Shown in pieces: positions 1 through 12,678 of a DNA stretch of 64,000 bases. The stretch is from Camelus dromedarius (lineage: Eukaryota). Positions within the stretch are counted from its first letter, which is position 1, and every line of letters begins with the position of its first letter. Location: the NCBI RefSeq assembly GCF_036321535.1, contig NC_087447.1, forward strand, positions 41,356,001-41,420,000. Direction: 5' to 3'. The translations under genes were made by a program, and so were the position numbers. A model generated the notes under the pieces. It was given only the letters and a program-made list of their open reading frames with translations. It was not told the origin of the DNA and ran no database searches.

Positions 1-639
1 CCCAGAATGATGTGAAAAATAAATAAATGATGGCACAGGGCTCAGAATCTCAAGGATGGGAAGGAAAGTAAATATGGCCCTAGTTGGTATTATCCTCATG
101 TGGCCTTGGGACACCTGGTTGAAAAGCCTTTCTGATATATCACACCAGAAGTTGGATGGATCTACTGACTGAATGAAATAAATTGGGCAGGTAAATTGCT
201 GTCAAGAAGATTGACCTATACAAGTGTTCTTCCTGCTTTTCTTCTATTTTTACCTGTCTGATTTTGTTAAAATCTCTTTTTATGAACTTGACTTTAGATT
301 GCATTGACTTCATTAGGCAGCCAGCTTTGAGAAAGGGATTTCCTGGGGACGAAAGTTGAATTCTTCTTCAGCAGCTGGATTGAAGAAAAGAGCCTGGGCC
401 TTGAAGTGTTCGGGTCCATCTCTTCCAAGGAACAGCTGTGTGATCTCAGATAAGGAGTTTCATTTCACTCCCTTAACTGGAAAATGCAGACAGAGCATTT
501 TGGGGGAATACATTTTGAGAATAAGTGATGGGTATAAATTGCCATGTATAGTACCTGGTACAAAGTAAGTCTTGTAAGATATGATATAACTAATGATGGA
601 AAAGAATCACTCTGCCTCCTCTGTGGGGCAAAAGAGCAA

Positions 640-1130
640 TCAGGAGGCAGTTGCACTGATGATATGACAAGAAATCATGGAGGCCTAGACCAGAGTCATA
701 GTGGTAAAAAAGTAGTAAGAAACAGTCTGACTCTGGATGTATTTTGAAGATAGAGCTAATGGGATTTTCTGCTGGATTCCCTGTGGGGTGTGTGAGTGAG
801 GAGCAGGAAGGGGCCTCATGAATGAGTCATGTTTTGTGCTTGAGCAGCTTGAAGGATGGACTTGCCATTTACTGAGATGGAGACAACTGAGGGCAAATCA
901 TATCCTGGGGGTTGGAATGGGTTAAGTTGGCGCTGTCACCCAAGAGCAGGTGTCGAGTGGCCAGTTGGGTATAGGACTCTGGAGTTGTGGGGAGAAGTCC
1001 AGACTGGACATAAACATTTGAGAGTCTTCAGAGATTTTTAGATAGATGGTATTTAAAATCATGAGCTCAGATAAGGTCCTCTTGGGAGTGAGAGCAGTAG
1101 AAAAGAATCTAGGTCTGAGAGCAGCCCAGA
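640..1130 (-). mobile_element. LINE-2 relic
   Basis: Degenerate L2-like motifs (gatgtattttgaagatagag, gccatttactgagatgg, agatggtatttaaaatcatgag). Confidence 0.55.
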
Positions 1131-1854
1131 GTTCCATATCCAGGAGATGAAGAAAAACAAATGCATCCTCCTCCTCCTCCCCTTCCTTCTCCTCCTTTTT
1201 CTCGTTCTTCTTGTATTGCTGTGAAAGGGGTTTGTTCTCTTTAATTCAGTTAGCCTTCATTTGAGCAAAACTGCTTGCAAAAACTTCTTTGGGGTTCACT
1301 CTTCAAAAATGATATATGCTCTTTGCAACTTCAGTTTTTAAAAAGGAAAAACACCCAACTCTGAGCCTCGTAGTGCAAGCATCAGACCAACAAGTCAGTG
1401 TATCTGGAGTTGAAGTTCCTCTTAGGATTAGTGAAATTGAGCTTTTGTTAGCATTAATTTAATGATGGAATTCAACTTTCAAACCTCAAAAATCCTTTTA
1501 TGTGTACATCTCTTTCCCTTTAAAAAAAAAAAAAACTGAAAACCAAAACAAAAAATCCCACAAAAACCTGTGTGAAGCCAGAAGGGAGAATCTGAAAAAG
1601 GTCTGACTCTTCCTTTGGTGAGATGAACAATCTGTTGTGTCATTGCACCAGCACAGAAATCCTGTGTTTGAAGAACAGACTGAGACTACAGTGTTACTCA
1701 GGATAGTTTAGAGGAGGGCAAGGTATTGATAGCTCAATTTTTGTGATAAAGATCTGGGAGTCTCAGTGGACCACGGAATTTCTATGAGCCAAGAATGACT
1801 TGGTTGTTTTAAGAGTCAGCACAATTTTAGGTTGAATTCAAAGAGGTCCTGGCC

Positions 1855-4800
1855 TTCTACCAAACATACAAAGAAGAACTCATACCAGTCCTTCTCAAAC
1901 TCTTCCAGAAGATTGAAAAGAAGGGAATACTCCCCAACTCATTCTATGAAGCCACCATCACCCTGGTACCAAAACCAGGCAAAGACACCACCAAAAAAGA
2001 GAATTACAGACCAATATCACTGATGAACATAGATGCAAAAATCCTTACCAAAATATTAGCAAATAGAATCCAACAGCACATAAAAAAGATTATACATCAT
2101 GATCAAGTGGGGCTCACCCCAGGGACACAAGGGTGGTTCAGCATATGCAAATCAATCAATGTAATACATCACATCAACAAGAGAAAGGACAAAAACCACA
2201 TGATCATCTCAATAGATGCAGAAAAAGCATTTGATAAAATTCAGCACCTATTTATGATAAAAATGCTCACCAAAGTGGGTATAGAGGGAACATATCTCAA
2301 CATAATAAAAGCTATATATGACAAACCTACAGCCAGCATAGTACTCAATGGTGAAAAACTCAAAAGCTTCCCACTAAAATCTGGGACAAGACAAGAATGC
2401 CCACTATCACCACTCCTATTCAACATAGTCCTGGAAGTCCTAGCCCCAGCAATCAGGCAAGAGAGAGAAATAAAAGGGATCTAAATTGGAAAAGAAGAGG
2501 TAAAAGTGTCACTATAAGCAGATGACATGATACTATATATAGAAAACCCTAAAAGATCCACACAAAAACTACTAGAAATAATCGAAGAATTCAGCAAGGT
2601 AGCAGGTTACAAGATTAACGTTCAAAAATGAGTTGCATTTCTTTGCACTAACGATGAATCAACAGAAAAAGAAAGTAAAGAAACAATCCCCTTTAAAATA
2701 GTACCCAAAGTAATAAAATACCTAGGAATAAATCTAACCAAAGAGGTGAAAGACTTATACATGGAAAACTATAAAACACTGATTAAGGAAATTAAAGAAG
2801 ACTTAAAAAAATGGAAAGATATCCCATGCTCCTGGATTGGAAGAATCAATATTGTTAAAATGGTCACACTGCCCAAGGCAGTCTACAGATTTAGTGCAAT
2901 CCCTATCAAATTACCCAGGGCATATTTCACAGAACTAGAACAAATCATAGTAAAATTTATGTGGAACCACAAAAGACCTAGAATTGCCAAAGCATTACTG
3001 AAGAAAAAGAAAGAGGCTGGAGGAATAACTCTCCCAGACTTCAGACAATCCTACAGAGCTACAGTCATCAAGACAGGATGGTACTGGTCCAAAAACAGAC
3101 ATTTAGACCAATGGAACAGAATAGAGAGCCCAGACATGAACCCACAAACTTTTGGTCAACTCATCTTTGACAAAGGAGGCAAGAATATACAAGGAATAAA
3201 GACAGTCTCTTCAGCAAATGGTATTGGGAAAACTGGACAGCAGCATGTCAATCAATGAAGCTAGAACGCTCCCTTACACCATACACAAAAATCAACTCAG
3301 AATGGATCAAAGACTTAAACGTAAGACAAGATACAATAAACCTCCTAGAAGAAAACCATTATCTGACATACACCTCAAAAATGTTCTCCTAGGGCAGTCT
3401 ACCCAAGCAATAGAAATAAAAGCAAGAATAAACAAATGTCATTCTAAGTGAAGTAAGCCAGAAAGAGAAAGAAAAATACCATATGAGATCGCTCATATGA
3501 GGAATCTAAAAAACAAAAACAAACAAACAAACAAAAACAAAGCATAAATACAGGACAGAAATAGACTCACAGACAGAGAATACAGACTTGTGGTTGCCAG
3601 GGGGGTGGAGGGTGGGAAGGGATAGACTGGGATTTCAAAATTGTAGAATAGATAAACAAGATTACACTGTATAGCACAGGGAAATATACATAAAATGTTA
3701 TGATAACTCAGAAAAAAATGTGACAATGAGTGTGTATATGTCCATGAATGACTGAAAAATTGTGCTGAACACTGGAATTTGACACAACATTGTAAAATGA
3801 TTATAAATCAATAAAAAATGTTTAAAAAAAAAAGAAAAAAAAAACCAAAACTAATGGGACCTAATGAAACTTACAAACTTCTGCACACCAAAGGAAACCA
3901 TCAGTAAAACAAAACGACAGCCTACAGAATGGGAGAAAAATGTTTGCAAATGAAACCGACAAAGGCTTGATCTCCAGAATATATAAACAGCTCATACGAC
4001 TTAATAAGAAAAAAACAAACAACCCAATCCAAAAATGGGCAGAAGACCTAAACAAGCAATTCTCCAAGGAAGACATACAAATGATCAATAGGCACATGAA
4101 AAAATGCTCAGTATCACTAATTATCAGAGAAATGCAGATCAAAACTACAATGGGGTATCACCTTACACCAATCAGAATGGCCATCACTCAAAAGTCCACG
4201 AATGACAAATGCTGGAGAGGCTGTGGAGAAAAGGGAACCCTCCTGCACTGCTGGTGGGAATGCAGTTTGGTGCAGCCACTGTGGAAAACAGTATGGAGAT
4301 TCCTCAAAAGACTAGGAATAGACTTACCATATGACCCAGGAATCCCACTTCTGGAAATATATCCAGAAGGAACCCTACTTCAAAAAGACACCTGCACCCT
4401 AATGTTCATAGCAGCACTATTTACAATAGCCAAGACATGGAAACAACCTAAATGTCCATTGACAGATGACTGGATAAAGAAGAGGTGGTATATTTATACA
4501 ATGGAATACTATTCAGCCATAAATACCTACAACATAATGCTATTTGCAGCAACATGGATGATCCTGGAGAATGCCATTCTAAGTGAAGTAAGCCAAAAAG
4601 AAAGAAAAATACCATATGAGATTGCTCATATGTGGAATCTAAAAAAAAAAGAAAACATAAATACAAAACAGAAACAGACTCATAGACATAGAATACAAAT
4701 TCTTGGTTGCCAAGTCGGGGGCGGGGTGGGAAAGGATAGACTGGAAGTTCAAAATTTGTAGATACTGACAGGCATATGTAGAATAGATAAACAAGATTAT

Positions 4801-4990
4801 ATGGTATAGCACAGGGAAATATATACAAGACCTTGTGGTAGCTCACAGCAAAAAAAAATGTGATAATGAATATATGTATGTTCATGTATAACTGAAAAAT
4901 TGTGCTCTACACTGGAATTAAACACAATATTGTAAAATGACTATAACTCAGTAAAAAAAAATGTTTTAAAAAAACCCAAAAAACAAAAAC
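1855..4990 (+). mobile_element. 5'-truncated LINE-1 (ORF2 RT to C-terminus, 3' UTR, A-tail), inactive
   Basis: ORF2 peptides ([34 protein letters not shown] motif [19 protein letters not shown]). Perfect 15-bp TSD AAAGAGGTCCTGGCC at 1840-1854 and 4991-5005. In-frame stops at 2482 and 2515, plus frameshifts. Confidence 0.97.
3439..3847 (+). mobile_element. Short L1 3' end nested in the larger L1
   Basis: Second copy of the ORF2 end and 3' UTR with AATAAA (3810-3815) and an A-tail, interrupting ORF2. Flanked by AAACAAATG (3430-3438) and AAACTAATG (3848-3856). Confidence 0.9.
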
Positions 4991-6249
4991 AAAGAGGTCC
5001 TGGCCATAGGAAATCAGAATCCCCTGAATAAAGAGGCTTCTGGTTGGCTGACAACAATATCTGAGGTTGCTGGCCTCTGTAAAGGGCTACTGTATTTAAC
5101 ACATGACCACAGCTATGACTCTTAGACCAGAGAGGGTACCTGCACCCAACGTAGCTAATGACTTAGGAGACTTGTCTTAAACAGACAAGCTAGGCCAGTC
5201 AGATGGCTTTGAAAATCTGAAACAAGACACTTGTCAAGTGATTGGGGGAGGAGAAAGCTGGAGCTGAGAGGCCATGTGAGCCACAGCAATTTAAGTGTCT
5301 AGAAAAAGCAGGAGTAGAGAGAGGAGATGGAGGAGGGAGCAGATGCACAGAGAGAAGGAGGGAGAAGAAGAGGGAGGTAGGGGAGGGAGACAGAGACAGA
5401 CAGAGAGGATTATGTGGCCCTCAGGAGACATCAAGACAGATGGGGTAGAGGCCTCAGGTCCTGATAGCTCTCTGTTCCTTTGAGGCCTGGGTCTGCTGCT
5501 TCTTCTGTCCCTAGGTTCTGTGGGAGTTCAGTTATCATTGGCAAAACCCCCTTTACACTTGAGCCAGCCACAGTGGGTTTCTATTCTTTGCAACTTAAGG
5601 AGTCCTACACTTTCCCCATCCATTTTGGCCATTAAGTTTTGCTCCCCCGAGTTCTTCTCACCTGTCAGCCCAACCTGGAATTCCTTCTTCCTCCCCTGAT
5701 TTCCCTGTTGTACTCAGCACTTGAGGCCCAGCTGAAGTTCTTTCCTTTCCCATGGAGCCTTTCCTGACCAACCTAGACCCCAGAGATCTCTCTTCCTTGA
5801 GTCTCTATTGCTTTTCTAGATTTCCCTGCTCTGCCATCTTCTCATGGGCAGGCTGGGTAGTGGTCTCCTTGGAGGCAGAGCCCAAATCTCATTTCATGCC
5901 CTACATGGCCTGACCTCTGCTTGGAGCTGAGAAGCACCCAGCAGGCAAGTATCATCCATTGGCTTATTCACTGAGCCCCTCGGCTGGCTGTGCCTGGGCC
6001 TCTGCTCTTTCTTGGGAGGGACGTGGTTCCCAGCAGACTGGTACTCCCTAGGCTCCTCCTCCTACTAACTCATCTCTCTATCCACAAATCAGCTTACATA
6101 TCCCCTCAAAGACCTAGACCCTGTCTGCCCACACCCCGTCACTAGCTTTCATTCTCAGATTAATTCAGCCAACATTTTTGAAATATAAAACATGTATCAG
6201 ATATTAAATTAGGCACTGGGCCCATTGTACAAGGAGGTGATATGGGTGA

Positions 6250-7250
6250 TGGTTTGTGGTGCTGGTTCTGGAGTTTGACTGAATTAAAATCTGAGCTTGC
6301 TTTCTGACAGCTGATAACCTTGGTCAATTTACTTAACATTCCCAAGCCTCAGTTTCCTTATCTTTAGAATGGGCGGATGTTGAGTGCCTAATAATAGAGT
6401 GCCTACTGAGGATATGGAGAAAAGGGAACCATTTGTATACTATTGCTGGGAATGGAAATTGGTATAGCCACTGTGCAAAACAGTATGGAGGTTCCTCAAA
6501 AAACTAAAATAGAACTACCATATGATCCAGCAATTCCACTCCTGGGTATATCTCTGAAGAAAATGGAAACACTAATTCAAAAAGATACATGCACTTCAGT
6601 ATTCATAGCAGCACTATTTACAATAGCCAAGACATGGAGGCAACCCAAGTGCCCACCAACAAATGAATGAATAAAAAAGATGTGGTATATATACACAATG
6701 GAATATTACTCAGCCATAACAAAGAATGACATTTTGCCATTTGAAACAACATGGGTGGACTTGGAGGGTTTTATGCTAAGTGAAATAGACAGAGGAAGAC
6801 AAATACTGTATGTTACCACTTATATGTGGATTATAAAAAGTAAAACAAATGAACTAATATAACAAAACAGAAACAGACTCACAGATATAGAGGACAAACT
6901 AGTGGCTACCAGTGGGAAATGGGACAGGGAGAGGGCAAGATAGAAGTAGGGGACTAAGAGGTACAAACTACTATGTATATAATAAATAAGCTATAAGCGT
7001 ACATTGTACAGCACAGGGAATATAGCTAATATTTTGTAATAACTTTAAATGGAGAATAATCTATAAAAATATTGAATCACGATGTTTTACACTGAAACTA
7101 ATGTAACATTGTAAATCAACTATACTTCGTAAAATAGAGTGCCTACCTCATAGGGCTTTAGTGAGGATTGAACGCAATTATCTGTGTGAGAAGCTTAGCA
7201 CAGTGCCTGGCCCACAAAAGATACTCCACGCATCACTGTTTTCATTGCTA
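6250..7250 (+). mobile_element. MIR split by an L1 insertion
   Basis: MIR core (cttggtcaatttacttaac...cctcagtttccttatct) at about 6310-6370 resumes at about 7140 (cctacctcatagggc...gtgaggatt...agcacagtgcctggc). Confidence 0.8.
6407..7132 (+). mobile_element. LINE-1 3' fragment (L1MA-like)
   Basis: ORF2 C-terminal remnants ([24 protein letters not shown]) and 3' UTR. Perfect 14-bp TSD AATAGAGTGCCTAC at 6393-6406 and 7133-7146. Confidence 0.93.
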
Positions 7251-7854
7251 TTATTACCAGTATAGAGATGCATTGCCTAGGGCCCCTGTCTTTGAGGACC
7301 CCACAGTTAGGTAAGGGAGGCAGAAAAATCCCAACACCAAGTGACAGGTGTCTAATATCGAGTTTCTCTTAGGGGTGCTCCAGCATTCCCATAGGCTATG
7401 AATAGGATACAGTAAGGCTGAGATACTGATTCACTCAGCTCTTTGGGTGTATTGGTGGGGTCTGGGGCCACCAAAATCTCCAAATGATCACTGGCAGCCA
7501 TGAAAAACTTTGTTCATTTACCCCTGTGTGCAGGTATGTCAGCCATGGAAAGCTCTTCTGTGATGGATGTCTGTGAGCACAGGATGCAGGGGAGCCCAGA
7601 GGAGGGGATAGATTCATCCAGGCTTCTCCAAAGAGCAGTACTGCCTTCTCTGAAATCCTCCCCAGTCCTCTCCCCCTTTATGGGACATCTAAGGTCACCC
7701 TGGTATCATAGTCCATTCTTGCCCACATCCTCCTTCCCTTCCCCATACACTCATGTCAGCACGGGGTTGCTGAGTGCATGATGAATTGAGCCTCATGGCC
7801 ATCACATCCAAGACCTCACCAAAACCCATAACTAACCCCTGCAAATTGGCTTCT

Positions 7855-8757
7855 TTTTTTATTTTTAAGATTTTATTATTATTTTTAATTGAAGTACAGT
7901 CAGTTACAATGTGTCGATTTCTGGTGTACAGCACAATGTCTCAGTCATGCATATATATGCATATATTTGTTTTCATATTCTTTTTCATTAAAGTTTATTA
8001 CAAGATATTGAATATAGTTCCCTGTGCTATACAGAAGAAACTTGCTTTTTATCTATTTTTATATATAGTGGTTAACATTTGCATATCTCAAACTCCTAAA
8101 TTTATCCCTTCCCACCCCCTTTCCCTAGTAACCATAAGATTGTTTACTGTGTCTGCGAGTCTGTTTCTTTCATGGATGAGTTCATTAGTGTCCTCTTTTT
8201 TCTTTTTTTCTTTTTTTTTAGATTCCACATATGAGTGATATCATATGGTATTTTTCTTTCTCTTTCTGACTTGCTTAGAATGACAATCTCCAGGTCCATC
8301 CATGTTGCTGTAAAGGGCATTATTTTATTCTTTTTTTTTTAATCTCTGAGTAGTATTCCATTATATAAATATACCACAACTTCTTTATCCAGTCATCTGT
8401 TGATTCACATTTAGTTTGCTTCCATGTCTTGGCTGTTGTAAATAGTGCTGCTATGAACATTGGGGTGCATGTATCTTTCTGAATTAGAGTTCCCTCTGGA
8501 TATATGCCCAGGAGTGGGATTGCTGGATCATATGGTAACTCTAATTTTAGTTTTTTGAGGAATCTCCATCCTGTTTTCCATAATGGTTGCACCAAACTAC
8601 ATTCCCACCAGCAGTGTAAGAGGTTCCCTTCTCTCTACACCCTCTCCAGTATTTATCGTTTGTGGACTTTTGAATGATGGCATTTCTGACTGGTGTGAGG
8701 TGATACCTCATTGTAGTTTTGATTTGTATTTCTCTGATAAATAGTGATATTGAGCAT
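7855..8757 (-). mobile_element. LINE-1 3' fragment
   Basis: Minus-strand ORF 8320..8595 ([32 protein letters not shown]) with L1 3' UTR and a T-rich tail on the left. Confidence 0.93.
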
Positions 8758-9264
8758 ATTTATTAATTTTCTTAATGCTAGAATGCATAGAAAGCATTTT
8801 GAAAATTGCTAATCCATATGTCTATGAAAAAGAAGTCTGCTCAATAATTGTTTACAGTTCTTTTTTCCCTTTAGCTTAAAAAAGGCATTTAGTCTAAATA
8901 CTGTGTACAAAAGTTACTTGAAGTGGTTCCTTCCCAGCCCCTCTGTCCACAGACTTTTAATAATCCCTTCGACTCCATATCTCAATTCTGTCCTTGTCTC
9001 ACCTGGCTTTTGAGGTCCAGAGCCTCTCAGGGGCACCAGAGCAGCCAAGCCCCCTTCTCTCGGGGTCGTCCAGGGTCCCACCCTCATTAGACAGGCTCCT
9101 CCATCCTCTTGCCAGTTCCAGAAATGTGTGCACTCAAGCCTCTCCTATCCCCTCTGGGGGTAAGGATTTATAAGGAGTCCTTTGCTGTCATTTTAATGGG
9201 ATCCTGGAAGGGAGAGGAGACACCTTATGTTCCTAGTCTGCTGTCTTGAACTTGCCACCCAGAG

Positions 9265-9460
9265 ACTCTAGAGTCACAAAGACCTGGGTTTATAGATTGT
9301 GAGGCACTGGCAGGCCCCTTGACCCCTCCAGGTCCCAAATTCCTCATCTAGGACTTGGGGGTGAGAAGCCCTACAGCACATGGATTTGGTGAGGACTGAC
9401 TAGACCTTATATGTAAAGTATTGGATATAGTACCTGGTACCATGTTCAGTAAAAGACACC
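9265..9460 (+). mobile_element. MIR relic
   Basis: ctctagagtcacaaagacctgggtt...ttcctcatct...atagtacctggtac. Confidence 0.6.
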
Positions 9461-10224
9461 TGCCGTTGGCACCTTCATTGACACCTGGATGCCATTCTTG
9501 CTGATTTGGCCACTTATCTATTTGCTTACTCATCCAGGGCCACCTAAGAGCTTCGCTTCACACAGAGTCCCAAAGCATAAATCAGGCAGGGAGGCCAACG
9601 ATCCCAGTGCGGTCGTCCCAGCAGCCAGTCCCTGAGCTGGCAGTCTTCTTGGCAAGCTGCTGCTCCTCCCGGCTTGTCCTCCCTTGGCCCCAGGATGTGC
9701 TTTTGGCCTGGGACTTACAGCTTCTACCCTGGTCTTGAGTCAGAGGGCCTGTGGGGAGAGCCTCCCCAAGCCTTATGCCAGTGCGCCTCTGCAGGCCCTC
9801 GGCTTTGATGCTGTGAACGCACGATTGTCTCCAATGGAAATGAGTGATGAGCTGGAGATTTTGGTAGAGCGAGGCCAAATCCCTGTGTGGCTCCAGGAAC
9901 GAGGATAAATATAGCCTGAGTAATTGCTTATGCTCTTTTAAGGATTAAAAGTCAGCTTTCAGGCAAGCTGTGAAGCTCCATGACCAGGACAGTGAGGGAC
10001 ACAGTGCCTTTTTTAGAGCCATGGTCAGCACCCCTTGTGCACTACTGGATCCTGGGTCTCCAAAGCTTAAGTGAGGGGCCACCTTCACTAGTCTACACCC
10101 CATAAGGGCAGGGATGGGTCTGAAGTGGCCCTGCCACACCCCATCATCCAGCCCTGGTCTGGCACACTGAAGTTGCTCGATAAATGTCTTAAATGAATAT
10201 ATGAGCTGTGAGAAGGCCCATATA

Positions 10225-10582
10225 TTTTTTTCTTTATTGAAGTATAGTTACAATGTTGTATTAGTTTCTGGTATACAGCATAGTGATTCAGTTAAACATA
10301 TATATATTCTTTTTCATTATAGGTTGTTACAAGATATTACATGTAGTTCCCTGTGCTATATAGTAGGACCTAGTTTATCTATTTTATATATAGTAGTTTG
10401 TTTCTACTAATCCCAAACTCCTAATTTATCCTTCCCTCTCCTTTCCCCTTTGGTAACCATAAGTTTGTTTTCTATGTCTGTGAGTCCCTTTCTATTTTGT
10501 AAATAAGTTCATCGGTATCATTTTTTTTAGATTCCACATGTAAGTGATATCATATGGTATTTGTCTCTCTCTGTCTGACTTA
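10225..10582 (-). mobile_element. LINE-1 3' UTR fragment
   Basis: ttattgaagtatagttacaatgttg...tagattccacatgtaagtgatatcatatgg. Degenerate TSD GAGAAGGC..ATAT near 10210 and 10583. Confidence 0.88.
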
Positions 10583-10613
10583 GAGAAGGCGATATCTTAA
10601 AAATAACCTTTAG

Positions 10614-10797
10614 AATAAAATCTGTAGTCTAGTTAACAATAACATGCCAATGCCCACTTCATGGTTTTCATGTCATACATCAGCCATGTAAGACATTACC
10701 ACTGGGGGAAGCTGGAGGAAGGGTACAAGAGACTCCATGTACTATTCTTGCAACTTCCTGCATGTCTGTAATTATGCCAAAATAAAAAGTGAAAACC
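10614..10797 (+). mobile_element. Old L1 (L1MC/MD-like) 3' tip
   Basis: ctgggggaagctgg...gtactattcttgcaacttcctg...aaataaaaagt. Perfect 15-bp TSD AAAAATAACCTTTAG at 10599-10613 and 10798-10812, following a TT|AAAA site. Confidence 0.85.
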
Positions 10798-10899
10798 AAA
10801 AATAACCTTTAGTCAGGCTCGCATCAGTACTCTTTGACACTTAGAGGGGCAGAACTGGAAGAGGAATTGATTAAATTCCTGTTCACAGCAATGCTGTTG

Positions 10900-11480
10900 T
10901 GTCATTATTATTTTTTGAATGTAAACACATGGCTTATTCATATGATCCAAAACTTTAAATGTATAAATGAGGTATACTGTGGTTACTCTTTGCCCCAGCC
11001 ACTTAGATTCCCTCCTTATAGGCACCTAATGTTAATGTTATTTGTTTCTTGTGCTAATTTTAGTGAGATTGTGTGCACACACACATATGTACTTGTGTGT
11101 ATGTGTGACTTTAAGTATATTTGTGTGTGTGTATATATCCATACTGTTCTGTTATCTTACTTTTTGCACTTAATCATGTGATTGTGGAAGCTTTTCATAT
11201 CACTACACAAAGATCTCATCTTTTGTTGTGACTCTACTCATCATCTTTTATGGCCCCCAATTGGTGGACATTTATATTATTTCCAGTCCTTTTGCTTTTA
11301 TAGACAAAGCACAATGAATCATGGTGTTCATCTATCATTTCCCAAGTGTGGGAGTATGTTTACAGAATAAATTCCTTGACGTGGAATTGGGTCAAAGGAT
11401 ATAAGCCTTGTAATTTTGATCATACTAAACTGTCTTCTGTAGAGCCTGCTCCATTTCACACTCCAATCAGTAATGTGTTT
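10900..11480 (-). mobile_element. Ancient L1 (L1ME-like) relic
   Basis: ggtggacatttatattatttccagtc...ggaattgggtcaaaggatat...tttcacactccaatcag. Confidence 0.6.
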
Positions 11481-11499
11481 TATGAAATGCTAGTGTTAA

Positions 11500-11662
11500 T
11501 GCAGTGATTTAAAAAGTATTTGGTGACCCCTTTGTGAGTCTGGAGGAAAGCTGTGGGCCTGTACTCAAGAAAAACAGAAATCACACCATGTTTTGCACAC
11601 AATTTCAGTTGGCTCTGAGACCCCTGAAGGCTCTCCATGAACCTTAGTTTAAGAAACCCTGA
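11500..11662. mobile_element. hAT-Charlie MITE relic (MER117-like)
   Basis: gacccctttgtgagtctg...ttttgcacacaatttcag...gacccctgaag...tttaagaaaccctg resembles the recalled consensus. Confidence 0.5.
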
Positions 11663-11679
11663 TGGGAGGGGAGGAAGTA

Positions 11680-11890
11680 TGGTACAGGGGGAAGAGCTTT
11701 AGGCCAGACTACCTAAGTTCTTCTCTTAGTTCTGCCACTTATTGGCTGTGGAACATCAGATAAGTCTTCTACCTCTTCAAGTCTCAGTTTCCTTTTTGAA
11801 AGAATGGTAAAAATAATTCTATTTCATAGGGCACTTTTATGTGGAGCATCTAATACAGTGGTTGGGAGACAGTAGGTGCTCAACATATAA
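11680..11890 (+). mobile_element. MIR relic
   Basis: ttctgccacttattggctgtg...tctcagtttcc...acagtaggtgctcaa. Confidence 0.7.
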
Positions 11891-12011
11891 TTGGTATACA
11901 GACATGCAAACCCTCCTCACATGCACACAAAGCCTTTAGTTTCATTTCAGCCAAAGTTTCTAGTTACCTCTGCAGTAATTGCTGCTGGAGTCACAAAGTC
12001 AGTCTTAGAAG

Positions 12012-12190
12012 CACCATTTGCTAAAGTGGGGTCCTTGGACCAACTGTAAGAATCACCTAAGGGCCCTAATTAACATATAGGTTCCTGGGTCCCACTTGTA
12101 GATCCATGGAATTAGAATTTCTGAAAGAGAGGTCCAGAGAGCTTCATACTTGGGAATTCTAATGCACAGTGAAGCTAGAGAAACTGTGCA
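12012..12190. mobile_element. MER5-like hAT MITE
   Basis: ctaaagtggggtccttggacc...agaatcacct...ttctaatgcacagtgaag. Confidence 0.55.
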
Positions 12191-12678
12191 GAAGAGTTTG
12201 GTAAATGCCTTTCAGCCTTATACCTACAGTTCTAGTAGTTACCACTACGTGGCTTTGCCAGTGGGAGCCTGTTTCCAGCAGATAGATAGGTGTTGACACC
12301 TGAGAGAAACATGACCTGTACCCAGGAGAGTCTCCTCTGGGTACATCTATAAAAGCACAGTTATTTATGGTTGTAACAGACAGCATGCACTGTAGTCTCA
12401 GCAGGAATCTCTCTCAGAACAAGCAGGGAGGAGAGATAGTTCAGGACTGGATGCCCATGGAAGTGGCGGCATGGAGGCCCAGTGGGCCAGGTTCAGTGGA
12501 GAAAGCTTGCCATGGCTGGGGTGACTGACTCATGGCCAGGAGCTGGGGATAAGGACTGTGTACAGCCAGGCATCTGTCACCAGGAGGGCTGGAGGCCACA
12601 AGCCTTGAAGCACCAATCCCTGGAGCTCTCAGCATGACTGGTGAATGCTTCCTGAGGTAGCAAGAGATGGCCCAGGGC

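Noticed and set aside
2023..4761. ORFs with reverse-transcriptase and CCHC similarity as a novel RT system or host gene
   Set aside because: They are fragments of ordinary LINE-1 ORF2 with stops, frameshifts, 5' truncation, an A-tail and a TSD.
1166..5410. Pyrimidine tract at 1166-1212 and purine tract at 5325-5410 as triplex-forming elements
   Set aside because: Short, imperfect low-complexity tracts that are common in mammalian DNA, with no clear mirror symmetry.
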